Of a stretch of DNA of 64,000 nucleotides, positions 51,170 through 64,000 are shown piece after piece (position 1 is the first letter of the stretch; each line of letters begins with the position of its first letter). Source of the DNA: Eledone cirrhosa (taxonomy: Eukaryota); contig OZ024740.1 in assembly GCA_964016885.1 (NCBI GenBank), positions 293,508,001-293,572,000 of the forward strand, given 5' to 3'. The position numbers were made by a program, and so were the translations under genes. The notes under the pieces were generated by a model. That model saw nothing but the letters and a program-made list of their open reading frames with translations, did not search any database and was not told the origin of the DNA.

Positions 51170-51313
51170 TTGTTTTCTAACACTTATTCTTCACTGCCTT
51201 CTGAGTTTAAATCCCACCGAGGTCAACTTTGTTTTTGTCCTGTCATGGTCGATAAATTGCCAGTCCAGTACTGAAATCAATTCCCTCTTCACACATACGC
51301 GCGCTTCCTTTTC

Positions 51314-51315
<2 letters not shown>

Positions 51316-51388
<73 letters not shown>

Positions 51389-51393
51389 CTCTC
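51316..51393. repeat. (TC)n microsatellite
   Basis: Seen directly. Confidence 0.95.
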
Positions 51394-51602
51394 TACCAGA
51401 CGTGTGTAACTTCGCGGAGAAGTTTCCGTTATTTTATGTAAGAAAAAAACGTGAGTTTTCAGTTAAATTTTATATTATTGTGTAACTTGACCCCTCGTCT
51501 GGACCTTCAGGTGGTGGGTCAACTCATTTTCACCCCTACAGGGGCGAAATATTCGTTTGTAACATTTTTTCTCCATCGAATTTTGGAAAAAATATCGTAA
51601 GT

Positions 51603-52239
51603 TTGATTGCATTCAACGATAATGGTGGTGGAGAGTCGGTAAGACTACATAGCTCGCAGTCAACATCGTCTTCTTCCCTAGATATTATGGAGATGGAAAG
51701 ACGAAATGAAAATGTAAAAACAAATTCATATCCAAACAACACAAATGACACCAAACAGTTCAATGACAACAAAAATAACAACAGCAACACCAATAATGAT
51801 GATAAAAACAACAATGACAACACCAACAAAGAAAAAAATAAAGACAACACCAATAACACCAGCATCAAAGACAACAACAACACCAACACCAAGGAAAATA
51901 CGAATAATATCAACATCAGTGACAACAAGAATAACAACAACAATAACAACAATACCACCAACACGGATAATTCCACAAAGAAACCAAAAATCTCCTTTGC
52001 ACAGACAATTCAGAAAAAGGAGGAACTGACATATATCGACATAACAAATGCCGAACAACTTTTAAAGGACGCTAGGAGATATGTCACTTTCGAAAAAAAA
52101 TGGTGCTTTCAGCATCAATTCTCCGGTAGAAATTCACAAGGAAACTGCTCTCAAAACGATAGTTTTTAGGACAGTTTCCAATTCTACCCGAAAACCAGTC
52201 CAATTGTCACAAAGAAATTGAACTGGTTTTCAAAAATTC
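51603..52239 (+). mobile_element. Asn-rich ORF1/gag-like N-terminal fragment of a LINE
   Basis: Low-complexity N/K/T stretch then KKPKISFAQTIQK. Probable frameshift in the A-run near 52095. Directly abuts the Tx1 RT at 52240. Confidence 0.4.
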
Positions 52240-54009
52240 TCGGAGCCGTTCCATATTACGCGATCCATTCGACAGGGATGCCCTCTCTCCTCCCTTCTGT
52301 ACGTACTGACTCTCGAGCCACTACTGCGGAAGTTGGAGCTATTGCAGGGCATCCCTCTGGAATCGGGACTGCCGAAAGCGGCGTCGGCCTACGCCGACGA
52401 CGTGTCAGTAATGGTGTCGAGCGCCTCGCAAATCGAGGAAGTCTGCACCTTACTGAAGGAATACGAAAGTTTCACAGGAGCGAAGCTGAACCGGGACAAG
52501 TCCATCGGTTTGCAACTCGGATCGTGGAGAGGCAAACCGATGCCTTCCGATGGCGTCGTCGGACGCTGGACGGAAGGACCGGTAAAGCTGCTCGGGGTTT
52601 GGTTTGGTCCGGACCTCCAGGTGGAGAAGAACTGGAACGAAGTGACGGCCAAGGTGTTTGCACTCACCCAGAAGTGGGCCGAGTGCAAACTATCCTTGAA
52701 AGGTCGAGTGGAGGTGGCGAACACTTTTATAGCGTCCGCCATCTACTACCGCTTGACCGTCATGCCTTGCCCAGCCAAAACGCTCGCCAAAATGGAGCGC
52801 GCGCTCTTCCAATTCCTTTGGAAGAGGCGGGCTCCTTTGGTGAGAAGATCCATCTGCAGCCAACACCCTTCTAACGGAGGGCTGGGGATGCCGTGGTTGA
52901 CGATGCGCAAACACGGGCTCAGGCTGCGGCATCTCTACGTATTCCTCACTGGACAACCGATGTGGGCCCCGTTCGTGAGGCGAGCCTTCCCACGACTCGT
53001 CTCGCTGACCGAGCTGCAGTCCTGGGTCAAGCAAAGACCGAGGAAAATGGGCGACTGGCACATCGAATGTGCTCAGGCACTCACAGCCCTCTGGCAGGCG
53101 GACCCGGCAATCAGTGGAGACTCCACTTCGTCATTCTATAGAGGGTTGGTCCGCAGCAAGTGCGACGACGCGCTCAGGGAAACTCTAGGCGTAGAGGAAG
53201 ATGAACTGGCCAGTCTGTTCGGTAGGACCTTCCGCCCGGGACCGATGGACAACTTCCAAAAGTCCCTGGCCTGGCAGTGCTACCGAGGAGCTCTACCAGT
53301 TCGAGACAAGCTCTACAGACATGGGCGCCCGGGAAGGGACCCTGCAAAAAAGATCTGTCCGAGGAGCATGCGTAACGAAGAAACCGTCGCGCACGCATTC
53401 ATACACTGCCCGGGCGTCACTGACCTGTGGGGCTATGTAGAATGACTATTGTCGCGGGTGGGACCCATCCGGTTGACCACCGAGTCCATTGTCATGATCA
53501 AACCGCCACCCTCCTTCAAAAACGAAGGAGAGGCGGTTTTCTTTTGTGTGATAGCTATGGCGAAAGAGGTTGTATGGTGGACAAGGTTGAAAGGGCTGAG
53601 GTCAGACACCTTTCTCTCCGGCCAACAACTGATTCTTTTTTCCAAATACCACTTTGGAAGAAGAATCAGGATGGAGAGAGAGGTGCTGTACCCCAGCAAG
53701 TTTTATGAAAGGTGGGTGAAAGTGGCGATAATGGCCCGAGTGAATGGGCCTTCTCTCTATATCAGCCTGTAGGTTGAGGAAAAGGAGGAGGAGAGGAAAG
53801 GAGTACAAACTCTTCGTACTCCTGGAGATGAGGGTTGCACATTTTTCGGGGGTATGTGTTACCCATATTAACTGTCTCCCCTTATTGGGGAAAATCGACT
53901 AATTTTTTAAATTGCATTTGTGATAACATTTTACACGTTTTTATTGTATGTAAACTTCACCCTTTGTATTTGTCCCCTTCTTTTGTGCCCCTGTGGCTAA
54001 TAAAGAAAC
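52240..54009 (+). mobile_element. Tx1/L1-clade LINE copy 3 (disrupted)
   Basis: RQGCPLS, YADDV, GGLGMP, an internal stop at 53443-53445, tail gctaataaagaaa. Confidence 0.92.
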
Positions 54010-54058
54010 ATATCTATCTATTTATCTATCTTACTCTCTCTTTCTTTCTTTCTTTTTT

Positions 54059-54105
<47 letters not shown>

Positions 54106-54444
54106 CTCTCTCTTTCTTCCATTCTTTATCTGGAAGAATTCGGCTGTGTTCTGCCTGGAGAGTGATGGGCTCCGCCAAGTGTAAAAGTCCCAAGTCACGT
54201 CATGTGTCAGGATGGTGCTCCTGTTACTCAAAATTTAAGGGCCTTTACCCTTTTTTTAAATACCCAATCAACACAGGTATGCCACGCTGATCTATTTAAG
54301 TTTGGGTTCCTTGTTTATATTATATAACACCCTATAGAGCATATGACATGGAAGGCAGAAGTAATTACATGGCTCAACAGCAATTTGTCAACTGTTTTGA
54401 TGGGTGTTCGAAGTATACTTTGGCAGTCATTATTTTAATGTGCA

Positions 54445-54630
54445 GGGCGGTGGATTGGCAGTTTCGGTAGAGGGTCGGACGCCATGCTTTGACGCATAGA
54501 GTTACGGCCCTTCCATTCTGAGTTCAAATCCCGCCGAGGTTAACTTTGCCTTTCATCCTTACGGGGTCGATAAAGTAAAGTACCAGTAATGCACTGGGTA
54601 ATTGCTGGCCTTGTGCCAAAAGTAGAAACA
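54445..54630 (+). mobile_element. SINE family A, full length, with TSD
   Basis: TSD attattttaatgtgca(g) at 54429 and 54631. Confidence 0.92.
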
Positions 54631-55698
54631 ATTATTTTAATGTGCAGTTAACTCTTGTTTGTTTAGTTCTAAATTTAATTTTGTGTAGTTTTATAATTAA
54701 TTTTGTGCAATAAGTTCACATTTGTAAAATATTACAAGACTTAAAACACTTATAAAATGTTTAAAAATGCAATTATATTATTATAACTACAATTAAAGAT
54801 TTTTATATTTGCATACGATATAGTACATTGCTCTGCAGTAAATCATCGGCAAGAAACACTTGCAATAGTAAAAATTGAAATCCTGCTTGTATGTGGTCAC
54901 GACTCCCTGTCCAAACTATTCCTTAGTGCAAAGTCGAAAGTGGGCGAAGAAGAGGAAGACAATGAACATCCTTGTCTGATAATGTCAAGAACTCGACAAG
55001 CTTCAACACTGCAACCCTTCTGGATATGGTAGAGGACAGAGATGAGTGTCGATTGCTGAGTGGCAGAAAATCTAGAGTAGCACACCAGTGACTAGCTACC
55101 ACCAGGTACAAAATGGATTCAAATACTTGAGAGCTAAAGTGTTCCCTGATCAATGACGTCGATGTTAAAACAGACATTTTTGTAGGTCCTCAGGTCAGAA
55201 ATTTGTTCAGAAATGAAAGGTTTGAAGAATAGATGAACGAAGTTAAGAAGGCTGCGTGGAAACGTTTGAAAAGTGTCGGTTAGTTTTACGGAACTACACC
55301 CTCTCCCGTTCGATGGAAAATCTTTTCTCCTAGTGTTTTCTTTCGTATGTTTCAACGAATCTGAGCTCTAAATCCGTCGGAAACAACTATTTTCTTTTTA
55401 GAAAACGCGGGGGAGGGGATTGGACGCTCGGAGCTTTCTTTGCTAGGAAATTTTTTTTCTTGTGTTTTCCACAAATCTGACCCTTAAAATTCATTGGAAA
55501 CGACTTGCTTTTTTTTATTTATAGAAAATTGAAAAACAAAGATCTTTGTTTTTATAACAGGCTGAATGAGTTGGGGTGCATAACCCAACGAAACTTTACC
55601 TGCCTATGTCACTGTTGAAATTAATTACACTTAACTCGTCCTATGGACTGAGTGCTCTTACCCTTGGATATTTCTACCAAACTTCTACAGCTGTATGG

Positions 55699-55774
<76 letters not shown>

Positions 55775-56256
55775 AGGAGGTGAGTTTTATTGTAGCACAA
55801 TAAATAAACCAATGCAGAACATGTAATCTCTGCCTAGCCGAGAAATTTACCATTATATCTAATTTCAATTCTATAATAAATAGACGCACTGATTTATTTT
55901 CTCTCTGCTTGCATAAATTCTATAGAACATTCCATAAAGTATACAGCTAATCTCAATACCTTACTAGTTTAAAATCCTTTTTCCCAAAGGCTTATATATC
56001 TTTTACAAATATACCCATCTTTCTACCTTATTTCAGTATTATATATTATATAATACAATATACCCATTCTATATCATTCTTCTTTATCATTTTCCTTTCT
56101 TCCTTTTTTCTTTTTAATTTCTAACCTCTAATCTGTACTTTTTCTTCCCAACTACTTCTCAATTCATATTATTACTCACCACAACATTATCCATTCTTCC
56201 ATCTTTCCTCATATCTTTGGCCATAAAAATTATTTTTTTAATACATTATAATATTG

Positions 56257-58768
56257 ATTTCTTTATTAGCCACACGGGCGCAACAAGAAAGGGGACAATA
56301 CAAAGACATGCCGGGGATTTTACATACAGTCGTGTAAAAAAATATAAAAACAAACAAACAATTTCAACAATCGAAATCCCCAATAGGGGGGAGGCGCCAC
56401 AAATGGGTTGTTTAATACCCCGTCGATAGAACAACCCTCAACTCGAGAAGCGTGTTGTGCAAGTGCTCCTTTCTTCCTTTTGCTCTCTTCCTCAACCTAC
56501 AGGCTTATAAACAGAGAAGGCCCAATCACTCGGGCCATTTTCGCTTCATTCACCCACCTTTCAGTAAATTTACTGGGGTGCAGTGCCTCTCTCTCCACCC
56601 TGATTCTCCTTCTAAAGTGATACTTAAAGAAGGGAATCAATTGTTGTCCGGAGAGAAAGGCATCTGTCCTCAGTCCTCTCAACCTCGTCCACCATATAAC
56701 TTCTTTCACCATAGCCACCGTACAGAGGAAAACCGCCTCTCTTTCGTTTTTGAAAGAGTCTGGCGGTTTGATCCTTACTATGGACTCGGAAGTCAACTGT
56801 ATTTGTCCCATACGCGACAGCAGTTGTTCTGCATAGTTCCACAGGTCGGTTACGCCCGGGCAGTGTACAATTGCGTGCAGAACTGTTTCAATGTCCTGCG
56901 CACATCTTGGACACGTCCTCTTGGAAGGATCCCTGCCAGGGCGTCCGTGCCTGTAGATCTTGTCACAAACCGGTAGAGCTCCTCGGTAGCACTGCCAGGC
57001 CAAGGACCTCTGGAAGTTGTCCATAGGTCCCGGGCGGAAAGTCCTACCAAACATACTGGTGAGCTCATCGTCTTCGACGCCCAGAGTCTCTCCGAACACG
57101 TCGTCGCCCTTGTAACGTACAATCCCTCTATAGAATGTCGAAGTGGAGTCTCCACTGATTGCTGCGCCCTCTTGCCAGAGGACTGTGAGCGCCTGAGCGC
57201 ATTCAATGTGCCAGGCGCCCATCGTTTTCGGTCTTTTCTTCACCCAGGACTGCAGCTCCGTTAGCGAGACGAGCTGTGGGAAAGCCTGTCTCACAAACGG
57301 TGCCCACACCGGTTGGGGGTCGGTGAGGAATACCTGGAGATGCTGCAGCCTTAGCGCATGTTTGCGCATAATCAGCCACGGCATTCCCAGCCCTCCGTTG
57401 GAAGGGTGCTGACAGCAGACGGATCTCCTCACCAGCGGAGCCTGCTTCTTCCACAGAAACTGGAAGAGCATGCGTTCCATCTTGGCGAGGTGTTCACGGG
57501 GACAAGGCACGACAGTCAAGCGGTAGTAGATGACGGACGCTATGAAAGTGTTCGCCACCTCCGCTCGACCTTTCAAGGACAGTTTGCACTCTGCCCACTT
57601 CTGAGTGAGTGCAAACACCTTGGCCGTGACCTCGTTCCAGTTTTTCTCCACCTGGAGGTCTGGACCGAACCAGACCCCGAGCAATTTCACCGGTCCGTCC
57701 GTCCAGCGTCCAACGACGCTGTCGGATGTCATCGGTTTGCCTCTCCACGTACCGAGTTGCAAACCGACAGACTTGTCTGGGTTTAGTTTTGCTCCCGTCA
57801 GCGTTTCGTATTCTTTCAGTATGTTGCCGATCACCCCGATTTCCGAGGTGCTCGACACCATTACTGTCACGTCGTCGGCATAAGCCGACGCCGCTTTGCG
57901 CAGTCCCGGTTCTAGGGGGATGCCCTGCAACAGCTCCAATTTCCGCAGTAGTGGCTCTAGAGTCAATACATACAGAATGGAGGAGAGAGGGCATCCCTGT
58001 CGAATGGAACGCGTGATTGTGAACGGCTCCGATAGGTAGCCGTTCACCTTGACCCTCGAGCAGATGCTGGTGTGCATCGCCTCGATCCATCCTCTGAACA
58101 CGGGGCCGAAACCGGCCGCCTTGAGAACCGCTTCCAAGTATCGATGGTCGACCCTATCGAATGCCTTAGACTGATCCAAGTTGATCAGAGCCCCACCGAA
58201 GCCGGGTTTACTACCCACCCTCTCTATGATGTATCGCATGAGGTGGAGGTTGTCGTGTATGGACCTGGTCGGGATTGCACACGTTTGCGCTTTCCCTACC
58301 AGGTTCTCGACGACAAGCGCCAACCTCGTCGCTAGCATCTTGGCCAAAATCTTTAACTCTGTGTTGAGCAGAGTTATGGGCCTGAAGTTGTTAATTTCGT
58401 CCCCCTTGTTCTCGTCTTTCCTGATCAGCGTTACTACGCCCTTGCCTGCAGAACTGGGAATTCTCCCGTTCTGCTGCCAATTGCAGTAGACGGCTTCGAG
58501 GACGCTAGAGAACAAGTCCGGCATGCCTATGTAAAATTCGTAGGGTAGACCATCTAGACCGGGTGACTTGCGTTTCCAGACCGGGTGACTTGCGGCCCAG
58601 AGCGTCCCGTATCTCAGTGTCCGTGATCGGTCTTTCGCAGAACTCGGCGTCCGTGTTCGAGAGACGCGGCAGGCCGTCGAGGTATGAACTAAAGTCCATT
58701 GCCCCGTTCGGCTCACCGTCGTTCTGCTCAAACAGTCGCGCAAAGTACCGCTGAAAGGCCGCGCACAT
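56257..58768 (-). mobile_element. Tx1/L1-clade LINE, 5' truncated, copy 4
   Basis: KSPGLDGLPYEFY..NFRPITLLN..YADD..zf-RVT. A short tandem duplication at 58556-58594 shifts the frame. Near-identical to copy 1. Confidence 0.95.
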
Positions 58769-60262
58769 ATAATATTACCATTAGAAGTCCTTCGTAAACA
58801 TATAAACTTTTGACGTTAGATTTTTTTCTTCCTTAAATTTTTCATATCTCTTCCATCCTTTCATGCTCGTTTTAAACCTACTACTTAATTTGACTTTTAC
58901 ATATTACAATACATAAAAACAAACTTAAATCCTAACTAATTTCTTTTAATATATTATATTATTACCATTAGAAAATATTTCGTAAACAAATATACTTTTT
59001 GATGTTAGATTTTTTCTTCCTTAAACATTCTTTACTTCTTTCCTTCCGCGCTCATTTTAAACAAACTATTTACGTACACATATTACATTACATAAAAACA
59101 AACTTAAACCCTAACTAATTCCTCTAAATCCATAACTCATTCATTCTTCTCCTTCTTTTCACATTATATCCTTAATATCATTAATATTTTTATTTTAATA
59201 ATACATATTAATAAATTCTTTTCTTCGCACATATTATTAAACCCTTCAATATACAAACCTTAATTTAATACTATTCTTAATTCCTTTTTCTTCATGCATA
59301 AACCTCATTAACTTTTAATTTCAAAATCTTTTAAATTATCTATTATCTTCCAACGGCTTTTTAATTTCTCTCTGTGAGACAATATTCTTTTCTCAGTTGT
59401 AATGGCTATCTCTCTCTCTCTATATCACCCATCTCTTCTCCTCTCTCATCCTTCCCTCTTATACTCCTCCCCCACCATCCTTTACTCTTATTTCTTCATC
59501 TTCCTTACCTTTTCCAACCCCACCCTACTTTTTCCCAATCTCATATATCAATCTTAATTTATTTTTCATATGTTGATTTAAAGTGTTTTTTTTATGTACA
59601 ATAAAATTGCGGAAAAATTGCTATGAAAAAAATTCATTTCTTTATGAAAAAATGTCTTCCTTTTTTCTTCAGTAAACATGTTACAGACTTGTCAGTAGCC
59701 ATTGAGAATGTCTGGTGGCTGTTTCAAGACTTGTTAATCCCTCTTCAGTGATATTCACTCAACTGTGGATGACACGAAAATAAGCTAGAGCCTATATAGA
59801 TTTAGCAATTGCACATTTGCTGGAGATGCTAATTTTTTTCCAGTCGACATTTTAAGGAACCATTGTCACTGTAATGATGTTTGTACTGTCAATAAGGACT
59901 TTTCCCCTTATGTTGAGGAAATATAAAGGGTAAATAATTGGTTTACATGAGGCCAGAAACACAAATCTAGCACATATTTTCTTTGGGGGCAAATTGAATG
60001 GTTATTACTGGAATTCTATAAGAATCCAGCTTCTATAATTTTCGGTGGAAGCAGGGGCTGCGTGGTTCTGATGATCGCCAACCAGCGTTAAACAGACTGT
60101 TAGCTTCTCTCCCTTCTTTCGCCGAAAAGAAGTGACATAGTCATTACTTTAAAACCAATAGCGTATGGTCTTCTAAATGTTTTTAATTAAACATACGGTA
60201 TATTGCCAAATATACTATACATAGATTCATGTATACATCGCTATTTCAGAGAACCAATCCTA

Positions 60263-60310
<48 letters not shown>

Positions 60311-61355
60311 GACTGTGTGTAGTATCAACAGAAAATGCACACAGAAAAACAACTTTTCCAATGACACTTCCTGTCTCATAATATTACAGCATCTTTCATC
60401 CACTCTCCTGCTTCTTCTTTTCTCTTTCATTCCTTGCCTTACCTTTCTCTCACATTTTCTATCTCTCCCCATGTATCTTTTTTTCTTTCAGTTATTCTTA
60501 TCTATGGATCTGCATGTTTTGTTTTTATATTGATATCTTCTTTACCTCAAATTAAACACTCAATGCTTAAATTTGTGTCTTTTTTTTTAAATCTTGCATT
60601 TCTATTTAAAGCTATATTTCTTTAGTGTCTCAGTAATTTACAATTGCTTTCTTATGAATGATATTTCACTCAATAATGGCATGGATAAGATATTTTACAC
60701 TTACAACATTCTCTGCTACTAAACACAAGAGAGCTCTGAAGGCATCAGTAACAGATGAACAAGAAACCTAATTGCTTATGACCAATTTTATGTAGGATGT
60801 TCAAGAGTTTGAATCAACCCAAATCTTTTTATTTATGCCCTTATTGGTAAAACAGAAAACATAGGGCATCATGGGAAGTTGTTGTGTGATCAGAATTCCT
60901 GAGGCTATGATGGCTACATATCTATTTTCATAAAACTGGGAATCATTGTAATTCTTAATGTCATTTCTCCATTGTTTCATGTATCATTCTTGGCCAGTTC
61001 CAATATTTGGATGTGTGGCTTACTTCTGCACATTCCAATTTCCATGCTCTCTAAAAATATTTTTATTTCTACTTGTGCTGTATCTCTCAACATCCAATTT
61101 CTAGTAATTAAAAAAAAAATTACTTTAAGAATTGAAATATTTCAAGAAAAACTAAAAGAATATAAATATTTCATTTAATAATAGTTTCAAATTCAAATAT
61201 TTTCACTTTCACTTAATCCTGTCCTCTTATTCAATGTGCATGAATTATCTATATGATATTAACACAATTAAAATATGAAGTATACTTCATATTGAACCCA
61301 TATTTGTAACACAGTGCATTACACACCCATGCTAGCATGGAAAAATGGACATTAA

Positions 61356-61398
<43 letters not shown>

Positions 61399-62699
61399 GT
61401 TTTGTTTTGTTTTGTTTTGTTTGTTGTTTTTTTTTTTTTTTTTTTTTTTTAGAAAAAAATTAATTTCTTACATAAATACTAACTTTTTAAGAAAAATTCA
61501 GTAAGTAAATCTGCCCTCATCCTGATCATCACCATCATGTGCATCATCACCATCATCACCATCACCATGGTCGTCGTCGTCATCACCATCATCATCATCG
61601 TCATTTAACGTCTATTTTTCCACACTTGTATGAGTTAGATGGGTTGTCACATTATGAGACAAATCAAGTCAGGTGAAACATTGCTCATATGGATCTGTAT
61701 TTTGGCTTGGGTTCTGTGGCTGGATGCTCTTTCTAACACCTTCCATGTTACAGTGTGGACTGGGTATTTTTTATTGTGATACTGAAACAACCATCTAACA
61801 GGGTAGACTGAGTGCTTATTTTGTGTCTCACTTGCCCAACCACCATACATAGTGAACTGGGTGCTTTTTCTTGTGTCTCCAGAATTACCACTTTACAGGG
61901 TGGATTTGGTACTTATTTTTCATGTCACTAACACGAACACCATGCAGAGTGGCCTTTTGTGTTACTAGCATGTGACCATTTTACAGAGTGGATTGTGTGC
62001 TGAATTTTGTCATGTTATCAGCATGACCACTTCCCAGAGTGAAGCGAGTGCTCTTTCTTGTTGTGTTATCAGATCACCACACATGGTAGACTTAGTGTTT
62101 TTTTGTCATGGCAGCAGCAGTGTGGGAGATCAGATGTGGAGCATGTCCAGTTTCCCATGCTTGTATGCATGGGTTGTGCAGAAGAGATGTATCAGACCTA
62201 AGGAGTGATGGTTGGGGGTGGGGGACAAGCAATCAAGTTGGACATGAATGGAATGAGTGGAATATTTAAGTGGTATTCTGTTTAAATTATATAAAACATT
62301 TTCTTGTTTTTGACATGTTTTACTTAATTACCTTAATTTATGTTAACTACTTGTCATTTCAGGATTTAATCAGTAACACAGTACACATTGAAAAACATAT
62401 GTCCTATAAATTTTTAAACCCCTGGCTAGGATCTGGACTGCTTACTAGGTATGCATTAGGCAAGTTTTAATTATTTCTGATTATTGATAATGACATGAAA
62501 TGTATTTCTATAAGTGTTATATCGTCATCATCATCATCATCATTGTTTAACATCCATCTTATATATATATATTAATGGGCCTACACACATTGTTAGTTGC
62601 TAGTAGTACAGGTAATTATGAACAAAAATTGTTGTTTTTTTTTTATCACTTGCAACGCTGAGCCTATCTATAAAACTAACCTTAATCATAAAACCAAAT

Positions 62700-62880
62700 T
62701 TGCACTGGTTGCCGTCAAGACCTCAGGCGCCCTTGGATCCCGTACAGCCAAGCTCCTCCATAAAATAGGGACGTCAGCAGCTCATCTAAGAAAGGAGCCC
62801 TGCGAGATTGGGTGGCCGTTGCAATAGGTATCATTGACCAGTCCGCGAAAATGCCTTTGCAATTTTTATCCGTGGGGTGA
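62700..62880 (+). mobile_element. CRE-like endonuclease fragment
   Basis: FALVAVKTSGALGSRTAKLLHKIG...EPCEIGWPLQ. Confidence 0.55.
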
Positions 62881-63149
62881 AGCCGAAACATAGGTGTAGT
62901 GTCTGTCACTCTCTCCTCCTCCCCTCTCTTTCTTCCATGCCTAATAGTACTTTCCCTTTCCCTGTAGTCCTTGATCTTTCTCTAATTTTCTTTTCATTTA
63001 TGGCATTTATAGTCCTTCCCATTACTTTCCTATACAACCAGATTTGCCCTTCTTTACACCTTCTCCCTTTTTTTCATTAGTTAATTTTGTTTTCATCCTT
63101 TTTTGATATTTTCATTCATGTATAATCGTAACATCACCGCCCCATTCAA

Positions 63150-64000
63150 CGTAAAGTGCCTGGATTATGCCACATTGGGCAGGCCCGAGGAGACTGTCAG
63201 CCATGCGATTGGTGGATCCTGCTCTGGCGAGAATCGGCCTTGAGGTCAACTCATCTGAGTCGGAGGTGGTGAATGTCAACCACGATGCAGAAGGTTTTGC
63301 AGCCTCCCTCACAGGCATGCGATAAATTTTCCGCAGGTGCAGGTGACCTCGAAAGAAGATGTCCTCATCCTCGGGTCACTGATCCTCCCACCGGCAATCT
63401 ACTCTATCATCAGATCCATCAGCTCATTATCCTCACAAGCAGGCTGGGCATGACTGACACCCTTCCAGCTCTTTTCCTGTTGAGGAACTGCTTCGCTATG
63501 TCGAGGCTCCTCTACACATTTCATAGCGCTTCTTGCTACAACCACGCAGCTCTCCTCACAGACCTCGATATTTGTATCTGAATGGCAGTTGAGGAGATAT
63601 GCAACGTCAGGTTTGATGACTTTGGATAGGAACAGGCCACCTTACCCATTAGAAACCGTGGCATTGGCTTTGCCGGTGTTTCATTCGTTTGTAACCTCTT
63701 GACGTGTCCTCATCAACCGGGTTCTCACACAACACAACGGAAGCCACTGTAATTGAGAAATGCGAGGCCACTGGCAAGACTTAGAACTGGCTCTGATTCC
63801 GCCCAGTAGACGTCCCTCCTCCTCTTCCCCCTGTAGCCATCAAATCCATCCTGAGCATATGGGATGTCATCCAGTGCGACATGGCCTCAGACAGGCTAAC
63901 GCGGCAGTTTGACCAGTACCACCACATGTTTTTGCTTGGCCTCACAACCCCACAATGGTGTCTGACTCTATGCCTTACCTTCCTTTTCAATTGGCACGCA
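63150..64000 (+). mobile_element. Degraded CRE-like RT region, running off the window
   Basis: LDYATLG, IGLEVNSSESEV, ALFLLRNCFAMSRLLY, QATLPIR..GIG. Confidence 0.6.

Noticed and set aside
54890-55180. A fifth Tx1/L1 RT remnant (IRQGCSLS on the minus strand)
   Set aside because: Only one recognisable motif, too degraded to delimit.

Overview
AT-rich, repeat-dense animal genomic DNA, probably an octopus or other coleoid cephalopod (inferred from the SINE, RTE and Penelope content, not proven). There are two convergent host genes. On the + strand are the last two coding exons (323-481, 4086-4898) of a probable class C GPCR with a GPR156/GABA-B-like coiled-coil tail. On the - strand is a secreted GH18 chitinase-like gene that I rebuilt by hand from 8 phase-compatible GT-AG exons (38128 down to 12568, about 391 codons). 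Its catalytic motif is altered (FDGLDISWEYP instead of FDGLDLDWEYP), and a decayed CBM14 chitin-binding exon with in-frame stops follows at about 6760-6933. The rest is mobile and tandem DNA: two tRNA-derived SINE families, RTE, Tx1-like, CRE-like and Penelope-like retroelements, Helitron pieces, piggyBac, Merlin, hAT and Tc1-like MITEs, three minisatellites (50, 15 and 48 bp units) and several long inverted repeats. One inverted repeat carries a pair of minimal hammerhead ribozyme motifs. Coordinates were counted by eye, no database search was run, and family names come from motif recognition.
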